NCBI RefSeq assembly: GCF_036971445.1
Contig: NC_091476.1
Span: 75,206,001-75,270,000, forward strand
Direction of reading: 5' to 3'
From: Narcine bancroftii
Taxonomy: Eukaryota
DNA length: 64,000 bases
In this document: piece by piece, positions 61,170-64,000 of the stretch
Numbering within the stretch: the stretch's first letter is position 1
Layout: every line of letters begins with the position of its first letter
Notes under the pieces: model-generated
The model's input: only the letters and a program-made list of their open reading frames with translations
The model's database searches: none
Told to the model about the DNA's origin: nothing
Program-made: the position numbers and the translations under genes

Positions 61170-62340
61170 ATATTGAGAATGGTAAAGGTTAAACAGGTGA
61201 GGACTTTATTCCCTGGAGCGTAGAGGAATGAGGGCAGATATAAGAGGTATTTAAAATAATGAAGGGGATAGATTGAGTAAATGTAGGTCGGCCTTTACCA
61301 CTGAGGGTGGGTGAGATACAAACCAGAGGACACGGGTTAATCACTGCGCTCGCAGGTTCACACCAGCAGCCGTCTCCCCTCTCTCGTGTCTGCACCAGGA
61401 GCAGTCTCTCCTCCGTCAGGTCGGCACCGATTTACGTGAAACTCCACTAGTCCCACCTACCCACTCCCTGCCCATAACCCTCCAACCCCCTCACATCCAT
61501 GCACTCATCCAACCTCCTCTTAAATGACTGAATTGACCCTGCTGCAACCATCTCTTCCGGAAGGTCATTCCACTCACCTACCCCTTTCTGAGTGAAAAAG
61601 CTTCCTCCTGAGTTACTTCTAAAGTTTTTCCCCCTAACCCTTATGACCCCTCATTCCAATCTCCCCTACCCTCAGGGGAAGAGCCTATTCACATCTCCCT
61701 CATAATTTTAAACACCTCTATCAAATCCCCTCTCAACCTTCTACGCTCCAATGAATAAAGTCCCAGTCTACTCAATTTTTTTCTGTATTCTAGGTACTGC
61801 AATCCTCCTCCAAACATTTTAGTAAATCTTCTCTGCATCCTCTCTACCTTATCGATATCCTTCCTCTAATTTGGGGACCAGAACTCCACACAATACTCTA
61901 AACTTGGCCTCACCAATGCCTTGAACAGTCTCAACCTCACCTCCCAGCTCCTATATTCTATGCTATGATTTATAAAGGCCAGCATACCAAAAGCCTTCTT
62001 CACCACCCTATCTACAGAAGAGTCTCTTAAATCTCTCTAATGTTCCAGCCTCCACCATCACCCCCCCCTCCTCACCCCCAGTCAAGGCATTCCAGGCCCC
62101 CAGAACTCTGTGTTTAAAAAACCATCTCCCCTAAACTTCCCTCCCTTCACTTTGTACAGACGTCCTCTGGGTGTTTGCCGATCCCACCCTGGGAAACAGG
62201 CACTGGCCGACCACCCTGTCCACGCCTCTCAGACTCTTGTCGACCTTGATCAAGTCTCCCCTCGTTCTCCTTCGCTCCAAAAGAGAAAAGCTAACCTGGC
62301 TTGTAAAAGTTATTTTCCAATCCATGCAACATCGTGGTCA
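61170..62340. mobile_element. CR1 fragments (61170-61340 +; 61420-62010 -; 62020-62340 -)
   Basis: CR1 3' motifs. Confidence 0.8.
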
Positions 62341-62734
62341 ATCTCGGGCAGAGGCAGAAGCCAGATGGAGACAAACGAGGGGTCAGGTGGAGGGAGGCAG
62401 GCTGGATGGGGTGCAGTGGGTGACGGGAGAGAGAGGCTCTCCTTGCTAGAGGAGTGGCACGTTGTTCAGCTGGGATGGGGAGGCTTCTCCAGGGCCTTCA
62501 CTTCCTTCCTATATTGCGGTGGCAGCAGATAATAACGAAGCCTTACTTCTGCACACCCACCCCCCCCATCCCCAGTAGGGTGTACCCTTGGAAATCCTCA
62601 CTCCCCTGCCTGCCCCAGTTGAAAGCGTTCTGCAATGTGTAAATGGAGTTCAGTAGTGCAGCGGTTAGTTCCAGAGATCCAGTCTCCATTCCTCCCCTCC
62701 ACCGCATCCCCCCCCTTTAAGTGGGATTAGTTAA

Positions 62735-63820
62735 AAACACACAGAAAAACTGGAGGAACTCAGCCGGCCTTTCCACGGGAGACACAGACGCGCTGCCGGT
62801 GTTTCGGGCCTGAGCCCTTCTTCGAGGAATAAGCAGGATGAGCCAGAAGCAGGAAATCTCAGACAGTCTCAGAATTCAGACGGCGCCAGCTGGGGGAGGA
62901 ATCCAGCCCTGCAAAGGTAAGATGTTGTCATGTCTGTGCAAAAGGAGACAGAGATGGGGGAAGGTGGGCATGGTTTTAACGAAAGCCAGAGAAGTCAATA
63001 TTAATATCTGGCTGGAGGTTGCTGAAAGACCTATCGAGTTCCTCCAGTGCACGGTGTGTTTTTACTACAATCTCAGCGTCTGCAGACTTTCGTGTTTCAC
63101 TCACTGCTTGGGGTTACCCCAGGTCCTTTCACTCAGCCGCTGCCAGGGGTTGGCGGAGGTAGAACGGGGAGAGAGTCTGGGGACACGTGAAATGGGGGAA
63201 AAGAATGAAAACACAACGCTGGAGAAACTCAGCTGGTCAAACAGGATCCTTTATGTAGTAAATATAAAGATACAGGGCATCAAGGGATGAGCAAAGTGTC
63301 GGCCTGAACAAATGGGGGTGGGGTGGGGGAGGAGCATGGTCCCACAAAAACAAACAGGGGGACGGCTCTGAAAGGAGAGGGAAGGAGGTGGAGAGCTGAA
63401 GGAATGGAGACGGAGGGACAGGGAAGGGAGGGGGAATGGGGAGTGGGCTGGCAGAAACCGGAGATAAGTTACAGCGAAATGTCAGTGAGTGGGATTAATG
63501 GGTTTGCTCAGGGCCATCATGGACTTGATGGGCTGAATAGAAACATCACAAGAAGTCGGCTCATCGAGTCTGCCCCGCCATTCTAATCATGAGCTGATCC
63601 ATCCTCCCACTCAGCCCCACTCCCCTTAACTCTGAATAATTAGATACCTGTCAATCCCTGCCTTAAATACCTCCAACGACCTCGCTTCCACGGCCGCCTC
63701 TGCCAAAAAGTTGCACTGACGCGCGACCCTCTGGCTAAAGAAATCTCTCTGTTTTAAATCGACATCCTTTTATCCTGAAGTTGTGCCCCCTTGTCCTGGA
63801 CTCCCCGATCGTGGGAAACG
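62735..63820 (-). mobile_element. Penelope-like fragments (62735-63050, 63205-63470) and CR1 3' end (63540-63820)
   Basis: GAAGGGCTCAGGCCCGAAAC motif on the minus strand at ~62803-62822; CR1 tail. Confidence 0.65.
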
Positions 63821-64000
63821 TGTATGTTCAATGTTTGATAGGAGGATGGAGAGTCAGTGTGGTGCATTTACCCAACCAGTTGCATTTGGAAATGAAAACA
63901 ATAAATCTGTAGTGAATATTTTAAACTGTGATTTGAATGTAAGTGGTGCTCCCCAGGGGAGTGTCTCCAGCGCCCCTGGTTTTGATCCGAGATCAAGTTC

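Overview
Eukaryotic, repeat-rich vertebrate genomic DNA, most likely from a cartilaginous fish (inferred from V-SINE/HE1-like SINEs and CR1, Rex1-like and Penelope-like families). It holds a complete 8-exon NAA40 gene on the minus strand (4329-18949, 238 aa). The NAA40 exon-1/promoter block appears twice across N gaps, probably an assembly artefact. The 5' part of RCOR2 lies on the plus strand (CpG island ~47400-47780; coding exons 58919-59108 and 59942-59998), head-to-head with NAA40 as in human 11q13. Features that must be read from the sequence: (i) a disabled Kazal/SPINK-like gene at 298-1258 (-); (ii) an orphan, intact biglycan/decorin-like first coding exon (57140-57377, -) in RCOR2 intron 1, embedded between two colinear halves of a Rex1-like LINE; (iii) candidate exons of a spliced transcript leaving the NAA40 promoter in the opposite direction, which could join RCOR2 in frame; (iv) about 11 kb of stacked tandem repeats upstream of the RCOR2 promoter, including a ~76-copy ACGTG-containing 24-mer; (v) a young L1 with target-site duplication (TSD), a near-full-length CR1, a solo LTR, DNA transposon relics and Penelope-type hammerhead-ribozyme remnants. 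All calls come from reading the sequence by eye; no searches were run. I found no convincing wholly new biological system. The best leads are (ii) and (iii).
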